Part shown: positions 15,607-25,924 of the stretch, in pieces
Layout of the letters: every line of letters starts with the position of its first letter
Position numbering within the stretch: the stretch's first letter is position 1
Origin: a virus
Lineage: Duplodnaviria; Caudoviricetes
Virus record (IMG/VR): IMGVR_UViG_3300044580_000264
Span: 1-39,494 of that record
Strand: one strand, 5' to 3'
DNA: 39,494 nucleotides
The notes under the pieces: generated by a model
The model's input: the letters and a program-made list of their open reading frames with translations, nothing else
The model's database searches: none
What the model was told of the DNA's origin: nothing
Program-made: the position numbers and the translations under genes

Positions 15607-17105
15607 TGCAACTAACACCTTTTTCTAATAATATAATTTACTTTTTCAAACCGACGAAACAAATGACAGGGGAAAAAATACCCGGTGACCTTGATACATG
15701 GGATTATTTCGGAACAGATCCGAACCTTATATTATTATATAGCTATGCTACCTTATCGCAAAGAGCGACGACACTATACCATACACACCCACCTGTAACC
15801 AGCGCAGTCAATAAATTGACAAGCTATGCGATAGGTCCCGGATTGCGATTCAGAAGTCAGCCAGATTGTGAAGTTTTGGGCTGGTCGAAAGACAAGGCGA
15901 AAAATTGGGGTATGCAATTCCAGAAATTAGTGCATTATTGTTTTTTGTTGATGAATTTCTATCAAAAACAGTCGATTTTGTTCAGAACTGCGCTGATTAT
16001 GGGCGATTCCTTGCTTCTTTTTGATAGAAAAAAGAATGACAACCAGATGCCATTTGACATTATAGAAACAGGCGGTGATCAGATCGCATGGAATTATACA
16101 CAAGAAAATTGCACGCTTGGAATTTGGCACGATGAATATTTGCGAAGGAATGCTGTGCAATTAATCGGCAAAGATAGTCCAGTAAGTTTCAAAGACGAAA
16201 ATGGCGACCAAAATATTTTGCAGTATTACGATAAATTAATTGCACGGCAATTGCGAGGATACCCGCTGGCGTACCGCATTATTTCTTCTGCAAAAAATAA
16301 TGATAGATGGTGGGATGCTACGCTTGCACGGCTTGTGATGGAGACGATTATATTCGCAAAAGCAAAAGAATCGAATGTTGGTGACACTCAGCGTGTCCTT
16401 GACACCATAGCCGGCACTATTTACTCGGATAAAGAGTCTGAAAAAAGCACATCGACCATAAAGCGTGAAAATATTGCAAACGGAGTTCCCGGGTCTATTG
16501 TATCAAGCATTGGAAGAGATTTAGGTTTGGAATTCACAGAATTAAAATCACCCTCTAATAATTTTGACAAAGTGCAAAACGCATATATAGATATTGTCGG
16601 CATGGCAACGGATGTACCGCCGGAATGCGTTTTGTCTCGCTACAGTACGAGCTACACGGCGCACAAAGGAGCACTGAATGATTTTCAAAAATCGTATATG
16701 CACAAAAGAAGTAATTTCGCTCGTAATGTTGCGAATATAGTGTTATATGAAGTTGCAAAATATTTATTTCTTTCTAATTTCATAGAAATGCCAGAAAATT
16801 TTTTCACTAATCCAATCGTTCGAGAAGCGACGCTGAATGGAAATTGGCTCGGGCCGATACCTGGGCACATCAATCCTGTTCAGGAAGTGAACGCGCTCGT
16901 TACGGCGAAAGATAATGCATTCATCACGCCAGCCGACGCTACAATGAATTATTCGGCGACAGAATGGGATGCACAAATCGAGGAATGGCAACAGCAAATG
17001 GACGAATGGCGAAGCCGCGCGCCTGAGAAAAAAAATTCTGTTATCGGTAATGATTTGCAAGAAAACGAAGACAAGTATCAAAAACCAGCAGGAGATGATA
17101 TATGA
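15600..17105 (+). CDS. Portal protein, lambda family
   Basis: AIGPGLRF, QLRGYP, STSYTAHKGAL, WLGP..GHINPVQEV; position and size fit. Confidence 0.9.
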   Translation: MVMQLTPFSNNIIYFFKPTKQMTGEKIPGDLDTWDYFGTDPNLILLYSYATLSQRATTLYHTHPPVTSAVNKLTSYAIGPGLRFRSQPDCEVLGWSKDKAKNWGMQFQKLVHYCFLLMNFYQKQSILFRTALIMGDSLLLFDRKKNDNQMPFDIIETGGDQIAWNYTQENCTLGIWHDEYLRRNAVQLIGKDSPVSFKDENGDQNILQYYDKLIARQLRGYPLAYRIISSAKNNDRWWDATLARLVMETIIFAKAKESNVGDTQRVLDTIAGTIYSDKESEKSTSTIKRENIANGVPGSIVSSIGRDLGLEFTELKSPSNNFDKVQNAYIDIVGMATDVPPECVLSRYSTSYTAHKGALNDFQKSYMHKRSNFARNVANIVLYEVAKYLFLSNFIEMPENFFTNPIVREATLNGNWLGPIPGHINPVQEVNALVTAKDNAFITPADATMNYSATEWDAQIEEWQQQMDEWRSRAPEKKNSVIGNDLQENEDKYQKPAGDDI

Positions 17106-18526
17106 AAACTATATATATGAAAGGTGTTGTCGGTCTTGATATTACTTCTGAAAAGTTATTGCAAAGTATAAATCCGAATTCTACCGAAAAATTGCAGATA
17201 CTTATTAATTCATCGGGCGGAAGTGTTATCGAAGCATTTGAAATTTATAATATATTGAATAATTACAAAGGGCAAATTGAATTTGTTATATTGCCGTACG
17301 CTGCGAGTGCAGCGAGTTATATAACGATGGCAGGCGATAAGATAAGTGCATTTAAAAATTCAATTTGGATGGCACACAGGGTAACAACTTTCGCAATTGG
17401 CAATGCGGATGACATGCAATTGCAGGCTGACATCATGCGTGCAATAGAAAATATTATTATAGAAGCGTATCAGAAGAGACTGAAATTTACAAAAGACGAA
17501 ATGAAGGAAAAATTGAAAAATGAAATTTGGTATGTCGGTTGGGAACAATTAGCTGAGAGTGGAATTATTGACAATGTTATAGAATCAACTGATGAATTAT
17601 ATATAGAAGAAAGTTACAAAGATGAAATTAACAAGAGCATTGAAGAAGCGTCAACATCGAATGCGAAACAATTAGTTATAATGCGTATGAAAAAAATTGA
17701 CTCACAACTGAAGCAAAGTGAAATAAATTTCAAAGATGAGTACACAAAAATTGCAGCGAAGATAGATATTGATAGTATACTCAACAAAGAAAATAAATAT
17801 TACAATCCGTATCCAAATGAACATGCCGCTCGTATTCGTGACCCTGAGGAATTTCAAGAAGATTCCTTCAGGCGTAAAAAACTTGAAGGAGCGGAAGGAG
17901 TAAGTATCATAATCGGGAAATTAAAAGGAGAAGATACGACGACAACGCAAGCATATAGATTTTCAATTGAAAACTGGACTGCTGATGAGGCGAAAAAATG
18001 GTTGAAAGACCACAACATCAAATACAAATCGTTCGAGCCTGCAACGAATGAAAAAAAGAAATCAACTGCTGACAATTCAGCAAATGATAAATTATTAACA
18101 AACAGGGAGGAAATAACAATGACCCTACAAGAATTTCTGGATTCTAATCCAGAAGCGAAAGCTGAATTCGACAAAGCAATTGAATCGGCAATCGCAAAAG
18201 GTAAATTAGAGTCTGATGCAAGAGCCGAACAATCGAGGATATATAATATTCTTGAGATGGCTGGCGTGCAGATGACTAAAGAGGTTGCAAATGCAATTCA
18301 GAATGGCGTTGACGAAAGTGAATTTGCTAAAGAAGAATTGAGAAGGCAACGAGAATTACGTGCAAACAATAATGCAATAGATTTTGGTAATCTCGTCAAA
18401 AAGCAGACGCCGGGTGAGCAGGACGCTATAGGCAAAAGCAAGCTGAAAAATATTGACAAGAATATCGAAGAGTATGACAAGGCATCTGCCGAAATGGCGA
18501 AAAAACATTTTTCGGAGGTGGTGTAA
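17102..18526 (+). CDS. ClpP-type (S14) prohead protease fused to an extra domain and a scaffold
   Basis: INSSGGSV, AASAAS (Ser), MAHR (His); helical C-terminus. Confidence 0.9.
   Translation: MKTIYMKGVVGLDITSEKLLQSINPNSTEKLQILINSSGGSVIEAFEIYNILNNYKGQIEFVILPYAASAASYITMAGDKISAFKNSIWMAHRVTTFAIGNADDMQLQADIMRAIENIIIEAYQKRLKFTKDEMKEKLKNEIWYVGWEQLAESGIIDNVIESTDELYIEESYKDEINKSIEEASTSNAKQLVIMRMKKIDSQLKQSEINFKDEYTKIAAKIDIDSILNKENKYYNPYPNEHAARIRDPEEFQEDSFRRKKLEGAEGVSIIIGKLKGEDTTTTQAYRFSIENWTADEAKKWLKDHNIKYKSFEPATNEKKKSTADNSANDKLLTNREEITMTLQEFLDSNPEAKAEFDKAIESAIAKGKLESDARAEQSRIYNILEMAGVQMTKEVANAIQNGVDESEFAKEELRRQRELRANNNAIDFGNLVKKQTPGEQDAIGKSKLKNIDKNIEEYDKASAEMAKKHFSEVV
18119..18526 (+). CDS. Nested in-frame scaffolding protein (Nu3-like)
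   Basis: GGGAGG RBS before the in-frame ATG 18119 (MTLQEFLDSNPEA). Confidence 0.6.
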   Translation: MTLQEFLDSNPEAKAEFDKAIESAIAKGKLESDARAEQSRIYNILEMAGVQMTKEVANAIQNGVDESEFAKEELRRQRELRANNNAIDFGNLVKKQTPGEQDAIGKSKLKNIDKNIEEYDKASAEMAKKHFSEVV

Positions 18527-18852
18527 TGGCAACAAGTTACATAACAAATAATCTAATTGCTGGCGATGTTAAGACGCAGCAAGTGAAGTTCGCTTCTGGC
18601 ACATACAAGCGTGGCATGGCGCTTGAGTATGATGCAAACAATGATAGATATACAGTTCTATCGAGTGGCGATATTGCTGGAATATTTCTTGGCGAAGATA
18701 GAACGCTCAGCGATAACGATTACGATAGCATAATCATTGGCGGCGAAATATATGCAGCAGGCATTCTTAATAGTTCTGGTACTGCGTTAACAATTACGGA
18801 AGACATGATTGCAGCATGGGCTGCACGTGGCTTCTATATTAAACGAAAATAA
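18526..18852 (+). CDS. Head decoration protein (gpD-like)
   Basis: NLIAGD, GTYKRG; lies between protease and capsid. Confidence 0.75.
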   Translation: MATSYITNNLIAGDVKTQQVKFASGTYKRGMALEYDANNDRYTVLSSGDIAGIFLGEDRTLSDNDYDSIIIGGEIYAAGILNSSGTALTITEDMIAAWAARGFYIKRK

Positions 18853-18869
18853 TTGAGAGGTGACAAAAA

Positions 18870-19967
18870 ATGGCTGAACAGCTTAATCAATTCACACGAC
18901 GATTAAAAATATTTTACGAGCATATATACAACAATCTGTTACCCGGGACAATCGGGATTGACGATTTTCTTTTTCCGGTAAAAGATATTGACCCTGAAAG
19001 CTCGAACTTCGCGCTTGACACACTTGTCAAAGAAGTTCATGGCGTTGTATTCAGGAAGCGCGGTGAACAATCTGTCGTTAGACCGTATGAGCCCGGTGTT
19101 GGAAATATTTATGAAGTTCCACGCACATCTGAAAAAACTCCCATCGACGAGCGACTTCGTGATGCTGTCGTAGCAGGAGGAGAAGAAACAGAGTCGATGT
19201 CGTCAAGACAGGCAAGGTTGCTGGCACAAATTATCATGCAGCATACTGTCGCACATACAACAACGAGATGGAAATTAGCGATAGATGTTATTCGTACTGG
19301 GAAATATTCGCCATATGGCATTGATGGCAATGATATAGGTCTGGAAATAGATTTACAGCGTGATGCGTCGCTCGATGATACTTATGATTTTACTGCCACA
19401 GGAGCAAACATCAATGAAGCATTGTTTAATCTTTATTCGGCATATAGGGCGATGAACGGCGCAGGTGATGAATTGTGTGTCATCATGGGAGATAATTATG
19501 CAGCAATGTTCGAGACAAACGACGATGTTATCGAATATCGAAAAGCAAATGATTCAAATCTGCTTGTAATTTCAAATCTTGTGCCGGAAGTTTTCAACAA
19601 GACTCACGGTTTGCGATTGATATCTCGATACAGAGTTCCGGGCATTGTCGATCCGATGTACATACTCATGTACAAACCGCAGGGTAGGTTCATTCAGTAC
19701 GCTGGTGCTTCTGCGCAAGACTTCATGCCTGCAAATGAGATGATTATGTTTTCATTGAGCTCAACTCGCTATAAAGTACTGCGAGGCGTTGATGTTCTTG
19801 GATTGGATGGGCGAGCTATACGAGCTGCTGGCGACGTTGTGTTCGACGAGTACACCGACAAAGACCCAATCGTTACTTACATTAGATCGCAGGCAAGGTA
19901 TGCTTTAATACCAGCAGTTGTCAATCACACTGCAAGGCAGGTTGGGACATTCCCTGTGTCATCATAA
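18870..19967 (+). CDS. Major capsid protein (lambda gpE-like)
   Basis: 365 aa, canonical position, DP.VTYIRSQAR.ALIP C-terminus. Confidence 0.85.
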   Translation: MAEQLNQFTRRLKIFYEHIYNNLLPGTIGIDDFLFPVKDIDPESSNFALDTLVKEVHGVVFRKRGEQSVVRPYEPGVGNIYEVPRTSEKTPIDERLRDAVVAGGEETESMSSRQARLLAQIIMQHTVAHTTTRWKLAIDVIRTGKYSPYGIDGNDIGLEIDLQRDASLDDTYDFTATGANINEALFNLYSAYRAMNGAGDELCVIMGDNYAAMFETNDDVIEYRKANDSNLLVISNLVPEVFNKTHGLRLISRYRVPGIVDPMYILMYKPQGRFIQYAGASAQDFMPANEMIMFSLSSTRYKVLRGVDVLGLDGRAIRAAGDVVFDEYTDKDPIVTYIRSQARYALIPAVVNHTARQVGTFPVSS

Positions 19968-19974
19968 AGCGACT

Positions 19975-20307
19975 ATGACAATAGAAGCGATTAAAATATA
20001 CGATAGCCACCTTAATGAGCAAATGGGCGAGAACGGGTTGATGAGCGAGCCAGCGATACTTGATCCGTCCGGTGAAAACGAAAAACGTATATATGGATTT
20101 TTCGATGAAAATTATTTTGATAATAACAAAGACAGCGGCAATGTTTATCAAAAAAATGTTGTCGCTCGTTTTTGTGTCGCTACTTTGCCGTATCCTGTAA
20201 AAACTTTGCAGGGTCTGGATATACTTATTGAGCGAACGAATGTTCTATACAATATTAATTACGTTATGACAGACGTCAATGGTTTGCAAATTTTATTTTT
20301 GGTGTGA
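19975..20307 (+). CDS. Head-tail joining protein (gpFII-like)
   Basis: ATG 19975 after the capsid stop; IYGFFD; beta-rich. Confidence 0.6.
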   Translation: MTIEAIKIYDSHLNEQMGENGLMSEPAILDPSGENEKRIYGFFDENYFDNNKDSGNVYQKNVVARFCVATLPYPVKTLQGLDILIERTNVLYNINYVMTDVNGLQILFLV

Positions 20308-20310
20308 AAA

Positions 20311-20733
20311 ATGGCAAAAGTTTCTTTTCGCGTCGAGTATGATAGCAAGGAAATAGCTGAATTTTTCAGGAAAATGAAAAAATATTTTCCGCAACTGCGG
20401 GCGCAATCGCTCGGTTTTGTCGGTTCGGAAGTGAAAAAAATTCTTATCAGTAAATATTTGTCTGGCGGTGAATTTAAATTTAAAGGGTTCAAAGACGTTA
20501 AAGGAAGGCGGAAGGTCGGATATAGCATTGATAAGTATGCACGATATGTGCGCATAACTTCGTATCCGCTCAATTTATTTGAAAGAGGCAGAATGCTGCG
20601 GAGTGGTAGGAAGGAAGCTGGACATTATATCATTACACGGAAATTGAAACAGGACGCACAATCGAGCATTAATCAATTCGCACAACAATTTGATATAAAA
20701 TATATGCAGAAATATATTGATGAAAACTTTTGA
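20311..20733 (+). CDS. Putative neck/tail completion protein
   Basis: Basic protein with NLFERG motif; position. Confidence 0.55.
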   Translation: MAKVSFRVEYDSKEIAEFFRKMKKYFPQLRAQSLGFVGSEVKKILISKYLSGGEFKFKGFKDVKGRRKVGYSIDKYARYVRITSYPLNLFERGRMLRSGRKEAGHYIITRKLKQDAQSSINQFAQQFDIKYMQKYIDENF

Positions 20734-21133
20734 CGAAATATTATTGCAATTGCAAAATGACATTAGCAAAGATTTACCAGCTATGCTACAAAATAATTCA
20801 TTGCAAAACTTCGATGAATACGCAATCGGTAGCAGCAAAGACCCGAAGCAAAAATCATTACTCATTTATTATGCTGGTGCTAATTTCGATAAATTGACAA
20901 ATGAAATAACTATTATTTTGCATTTGCAGTTATTCCAATGCGAAGAATTTGTAACTGCAAAATATATGCAAATAGTAGTTGATTACGTGAAACAGTATAA
21001 ACCAGAACGCATAGGAATGAATATTCTTGATACAATAGAAGTTGAAATTTATCCAATCGAAAAAAATTCTGCAACATTTGTTCTTGTTATTTGCACTTTT
21101 CAGGAATTCTTAGATTCATGCGATAAGGAGTAA
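20717..21133 (+). CDS. Putative tail terminator
   Basis: Position before the tail tube, size, acidic. Confidence 0.5.
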   Translation: MMKTFDEILLQLQNDISKDLPAMLQNNSLQNFDEYAIGSSKDPKQKSLLIYYAGANFDKLTNEITIILHLQLFQCEEFVTAKYMQIVVDYVKQYKPERIGMNILDTIEVEIYPIEKNSATFVLVICTFQEFLDSCDKE

Positions 21134-21137
21134 AAAA

Positions 21138-21320
21138 ATGAAAAATAAAATTTCAAAAGTTGGCAAGAGGTGGCAAGAGAAAAAATCAGATAAAAATGTC
21201 AGTAAAAAAATTGACAAGGCACTGGTGCAAAAAAAAAGTGCAAAACATGAAGTAATAAATAATAGCGATGATGGTATCATCGTTTCAAATTTTGAAAAAA
21301 TAAACGAGGTGCAAAAATGA
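21138..21320 (+). CDS. Small Lys-rich hypothetical protein
   Basis: AGGAG RBS and ATGA overlap with the next gene. Confidence 0.6.
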   Translation: MKNKISKVGKRWQEKKSDKNVSKKIDKALVQKKSAKHEVINNSDDGIIVSNFEKINEVQK

Positions 21321-22003
21321 GCGTAAAAAAACGTGGTGCTGATAGCATTTTATATGACGCATCGAAAGGCACATTAGTAACAACTGGAGCTTTAGCAGTA
21401 AACAGTTGGTACAAAATTAAGGCTCGGGCTGCGACAGGTTCTGCATTGCCAGATTTGAAAATTGGGAGTATTTTCAAAACTCCACAATTTGATGCTGACG
21501 AAATAACTCTTGCAGCTGGCGATGAAGTTTATCCAATGACGCTGACTGAAATTTGTAAGGTCGATGTTGAAATTTCTGGCGAAGCTGCGGTTGTCGAAAC
21601 AACTGATTCCTGCGATTACCCATACATCTCAAATATTCCTGACGGATTTACAAACTTGTCTGGCTCGTTGAATACTATGTTGCGATTTGACGAAGAGACA
21701 AACGAATTGACTGACGTCACGAAAGATTATTTAAACAAGTTTTATGATATTATCGAAGACGATGCCTTAGGCGTTTACACTTTCAGAGGGAAAAACGATA
21801 GCGACATTTATTTGATGATGTTGCTCAATAGGCACGAGAACGATACAAAAGATATTGTTGAGAACTGGCTAATAATTCCAGCAGTATTAACTGGCGTAAC
21901 TCAAAATGTTGCGCTGAAAGACGTTCAGAAGGCTGACTTCAGCTGGTCGAAAGGTCAAGACCCTGCGTGCGTGTATACAAGAACAGTTTTAGTCTCTTCA
22001 TAA
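21317..22003 (+). CDS. Major tail tube protein
   Basis: VETTDS motif, beta-rich, precedes the chaperone pair and tape measure. Confidence 0.7.
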   Translation: MSVKKRGADSILYDASKGTLVTTGALAVNSWYKIKARAATGSALPDLKIGSIFKTPQFDADEITLAAGDEVYPMTLTEICKVDVEISGEAAVVETTDSCDYPYISNIPDGFTNLSGSLNTMLRFDEETNELTDVTKDYLNKFYDIIEDDALGVYTFRGKNDSDIYLMMLLNRHENDTKDIVENWLIIPAVLTGVTQNVALKDVQKADFSWSKGQDPACVYTRTVLVSS

Positions 22004-22009
22004 TGGTGG

Positions 22010-22393
22010 TTGAATATGAAACTGCGAAGCATACAAATTGACAAAAAATTCATTCCGCAATTCAACGGTAATCGGTTACTGCCGCCAGATGAGCAGATGG
22101 TAATATATTTTGCGCGTATACCGGGCACAAGTGAAAAATCGAATTATAAGGATTACAAATTTGATTCAAAAGGTGGTGTGCAACTTGTCTACAATGACCA
22201 GCTGCTCGTTTCGACATTCATCGAAAAAATTGAAAATTTGGAAATTGAGATAGACGGAAAAACGCAATTAATAAAAAATGGTGTCGAGCTTGCAGCGGCA
22301 AATAATAGCAAGCTGTCAGAACTGTTCACGGAGATACGCAATTATCTATTTCCCGAAGGTGACGAATTAGAAGAGGGGGAATCAGGAGCCTGA
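22010..22393 (+). CDS. Tail assembly chaperone (G-like)
   Basis: Position; ends in the slippery heptamer GGGGGAA. Confidence 0.7.
   Translation: MNMKLRSIQIDKKFIPQFNGNRLLPPDEQMVIYFARIPGTSEKSNYKDYKFDSKGGVQLVYNDQLLVSTFIEKIENLEIEIDGKTQLIKNGVELAAANNSKLSELFTEIRNYLFPEGDELEEGESGA
22375..22381 (+). other. Programmed -1 frameshift site
   Basis: G GGG GAA; the -1 frame is open (GGA ATC AGG AGC CTG...) into ORF 22402..22794. Confidence 0.75.
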
Positions 22394-22401
22394 CAACAAT
22401 A

Positions 22402-22794
22402 TTGAAATTATTGTTGTTGGGCTACAATGCAAGTTATAAGACAGATGATATCTTTTGGGATAAAGCAGAAGAAATTCCGGGAGGATATATCATCCAGCGC
22501 GAAATAGTAAACGCCGTAAGCGGTAAAAAGTTTTTTTATAACGATGAAAATGGAAAGCCAGTATTCTGCGAGGCTGTGCAATGGGATGAATTTTATTACT
22601 ATTATCAAATATGGGAAGATTTTCATGTATTGCGCGTATTGCCCCACGGCAAAGGAACGCTCGCTGAACGACGATGGCTATTAGATTTGCTCAAGATATT
22701 TGAGCGCACGTATAATGCTACTGAAGCGTTGATTGAAGAAAAGATGGCAAAGAAAATGCAACAAGGTATGAACGCATGGCAGAAATATCATTAA
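22402..22794 (+). CDS. Tail assembly chaperone frameshift extension (T-like)
   Basis: Lies in the -1 frame relative to G, has only a TTG start, overlaps the tape measure start. Confidence 0.7.
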   Translation: MKLLLLGYNASYKTDDIFWDKAEEIPGGYIIQREIVNAVSGKKFFYNDENGKPVFCEAVQWDEFYYYYQIWEDFHVLRVLPHGKGTLAERRWLLDLLKIFERTYNATEALIEEKMAKKMQQGMNAWQKYH

Positions 22795-25229
22795 AAATAA
22801 AATCTGACTTTGAGCAAGCGGAAAAAGATTTCCGCGACCTTGCGAACGCTTCGGAGGCAACATCAGAAAGAATAGAAAAATTTCAAAAATCATTCGCTAC
22901 TGAAAAAATAGATAAATTTATTGACCACAACAAAATGAATGCAATCGCGCTTGAAGCGACACGTGGACAAACTGCTGCGATGGAAGCTGAATACAAAGGA
23001 TTGCGGAAAGAAATTGAGCGATTGATTAGAAGCGGGATGAGTCCTCAAGACGAAGCACTGAAAAAATTGAAAGCTCGATACAGCGAACTTGGTAGTAGTC
23101 TTGAAGGAGTTAAAGACAAAACAGAAAAAACAGGATTATCATTTGCGAAATTAACGGCGTCGATAGTTGGCGCGAATGTTATCGAACGAGGACTGCGAGC
23201 AATTGGCGACGGATTCAAATCTATTATTACCGAAGCAATGAACCTCGAAAGCGCTCAAGCTGCTTTCGTTCCATTGATGGGCAGTACTGCAAAAGCAAAA
23301 GAACTTGTTAGCGCGCTCAATGTTGCAGCTGCTGAAACGCCATTCCAATTCACAGATTTACAAAAAGCCGTTTCAAGGCTTTTGCCAGTTATGGATCAAG
23401 ACATCGGAAGGACAATCGATACAGTCAAAATGCTTGGTGATACTGCCGGCGGCAATGCGCAAAAATTGGAATCAATAACGAATGGATTTACTAAGGCGAT
23501 GTTGAAGGGCAAAGTCGATATGGAATCGCTCAACATGATTAGCGAAGCTGGCGTTCCTATAATAACTGAATTGGCGAAATCGATGGGCTATGGCAAAGAC
23601 ACTATGGGAGAATTTTTTAAAACAATATCGAATTCATCGGTTAGCACAGAAGTGCTTATCGATACATTCAAAAGAATGACAAGTGAAGGCGGAATATTTT
23701 ATAGAGGAATGATAATCTCATCGCAGACTACGAGCGGAGTATTATCAACGCTGCGTGACAATATCGCAATGACAGCAGCTGGCATAGGACAAGCTTTCTT
23801 GCCATACTTGAAACAAGCAGCACTTGCAATCATCAATGTGTCATCGGGTATTTTGAAATGGATTAGCGAAGGCGACAATCTGCAAAATTTATTATCAAAG
23901 CTCGGCTATATTTTTTCTGGATTAGTAGCTGGTATCATCGCATATACGGTAGCGTCGAATGCTTCAATAATAGCTTCATTTTCACTTGTGAGCGCTATCA
24001 AGGCGATGACTGCTGCTGCTATGGCGAATCCATTCGTCGCTATTGCAACAGTTATCAGTGCCGTGTTAGTGCCTGCAATTATTTATTTGGTAAAAAATTG
24101 GGATTATGTAAAATTTGTTGCTCTTGATTTTGCTCTCGCAGTCAGAGAAAAAATGTTAGAGCTCGGACTAACGATACAAAATAAAGTAACAGCGTCAGTC
24201 ATCGAAATGGCAAAAATATTTCAGGATTTGCCAGTTGTCGGAAAAGTATTTCAAAAAATTGCACAGTCAGAATTGGAAGCGACAATTGCGACGTATCAAA
24301 ATATAATTGCAACAAAGCAAGCTCGGATAGAGAACAAAGCGCACTTTGAAGAATCACAAAAACAAAGTGAAGCATCAATCGAGCAGTCGAGAAAACAAGC
24401 GCAAGAAGTTGTAGCGAACAACAATAAAATAATGGAAAGCAACAAGCAACGTGAATTATCATTTACGCAAATGCTTGCAAATATACAGATGTCAGAACAA
24501 GCACAACAGCAACTTCAAATTGAAGAAGCTATGAAATTTTTTGAGCAACGGGCAGAATTAGAAGCAACTGATTTTGAAGGCAGGATAGCATTTTTGCAAG
24601 AACAATTTGACACTATCAATGAAATGAACTGGAAAAATAATGACGAAAAATTGGCGGCAGAACAGGGCTTGCGAAAATCAATTGACAAAGAACAAGAAAA
24701 ATTGACAAAAACACGAGTGCAGTTTGGCAAAAGCGTATTGAGCGATACATCGTCAATGCTGCAAGACCTGCAAACAGTTTTTAAAAATGCTGGACAAGAA
24801 AGTTATGCACTCGCCGTTGCGATGAAAGCTGTTGCAGCAGCAGAAGCTCTCATAAATTCTTACCTTGCCTACACAAGAGCACTCTATGAATTTCCGCCGC
24901 CTATGAGTTACATAGCCGCTGCCGCCGCTTTCGCTGCCGGCGTTGCTCGTCAAGCTGCGATATTGTCAACGCCAATCCCGAAGAGTCAGACTGGATTATC
25001 GGAGTATACCGTTCCCGATACGAAAACAAATCGTCATGACAATGCGGCGGTTATGGCGTCGCCTGGCGAGCGAGTGACTGTAGAACCTCGCGGTGTTGAA
25101 ATGGATAGAACAACTTATATCAATATACAAATCGAAGAGGAGCCATTATTCCGCATTATCCAGCGTGGTATTGACACTGGCAGATTAGTAATCAGTAATC
25201 GCAATATTGGCTCTGGAGTATTCGCATGA
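22776..25229 (+). CDS. Tape measure protein
   Basis: 817 aa, helical and Ala-rich, AAETPF...LGDTAGG tape-measure domain, TM-like segments. Confidence 0.92.
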   Translation: MAEISLKIKSDFEQAEKDFRDLANASEATSERIEKFQKSFATEKIDKFIDHNKMNAIALEATRGQTAAMEAEYKGLRKEIERLIRSGMSPQDEALKKLKARYSELGSSLEGVKDKTEKTGLSFAKLTASIVGANVIERGLRAIGDGFKSIITEAMNLESAQAAFVPLMGSTAKAKELVSALNVAAAETPFQFTDLQKAVSRLLPVMDQDIGRTIDTVKMLGDTAGGNAQKLESITNGFTKAMLKGKVDMESLNMISEAGVPIITELAKSMGYGKDTMGEFFKTISNSSVSTEVLIDTFKRMTSEGGIFYRGMIISSQTTSGVLSTLRDNIAMTAAGIGQAFLPYLKQAALAIINVSSGILKWISEGDNLQNLLSKLGYIFSGLVAGIIAYTVASNASIIASFSLVSAIKAMTAAAMANPFVAIATVISAVLVPAIIYLVKNWDYVKFVALDFALAVREKMLELGLTIQNKVTASVIEMAKIFQDLPVVGKVFQKIAQSELEATIATYQNIIATKQARIENKAHFEESQKQSEASIEQSRKQAQEVVANNNKIMESNKQRELSFTQMLANIQMSEQAQQQLQIEEAMKFFEQRAELEATDFEGRIAFLQEQFDTINEMNWKNNDEKLAAEQGLRKSIDKEQEKLTKTRVQFGKSVLSDTSSMLQDLQTVFKNAGQESYALAVAMKAVAAAEALINSYLAYTRALYEFPPPMSYIAAAAAFAAGVARQAAILSTPIPKSQTGLSEYTVPDTKTNRHDNAAVMASPGERVTVEPRGVEMDRTTYINIQIEEEPLFRIIQRGIDTGRLVISNRNIGSGVFA

Positions 25230-25924
25230 AGATATTAATTCATGACAAAATGTTCATCGCTGAAAATGTTCCTGAAGAAATTAAATCATCTGCGTTATCG
25301 GACATATACGAAGATAGCAATACATTCACTGTCAATTTTTTGACTAACGAAAAAATAAATTGCGTTGGCATTGGCAACACTGATGCTACGATGATAACGA
25401 TAGAAAATAGCGATGGAGATATACGAACGATAGCAATTACACAAGTGGCGCCGTACCAGAACGGATTATATTTGATAAACACATTGTATGCTGGTGATTA
25501 TGAATACGGTGGAAGCTTGAAAATTTCGCACAATGGCACTTACATCGGGCGCATTGGCATTGGTGAGTACCGAACTATTGGCACAGGTATAACAAAAGAA
25601 ATCGGATTTTATACAACAACGGAAACACGGAAAACGTTGCAAGGTCAAATAATTCCCGGCGCTGGTGGTTACTGTGGTAGGACGATTGATGTTGATGTCA
25701 GATACAAAATCGAAAATGAAATATATGAAGACATTGCGAAAGCCTATCCATCGCAAATACAAAAACAAATTCCGTTTTTCCTTCTGTTTGATGATGAGCA
25801 ACACAAAGTGCCAGCAACCATGTTGCGAATGTACGCTCACACAAAAAAGCCAATCGACAAATTGCAGTCAGACATTTATCGGTTCAAGTACAGCTATAAA
25901 TTTGAGTTTATTGAGGCGTTTTGA
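25226..25924 (+). CDS. Distal tail (Dit-like) protein
   Basis: Directly follows the tape measure; ends YKFEFIEAF. Confidence 0.55.
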   Translation: MKILIHDKMFIAENVPEEIKSSALSDIYEDSNTFTVNFLTNEKINCVGIGNTDATMITIENSDGDIRTIAITQVAPYQNGLYLINTLYAGDYEYGGSLKISHNGTYIGRIGIGEYRTIGTGITKEIGFYTTTETRKTLQGQIIPGAGGYCGRTIDVDVRYKIENEIYEDIAKAYPSQIQKQIPFFLLFDDEQHKVPATMLRMYAHTKKPIDKLQSDIYRFKYSYKFEFIEAF

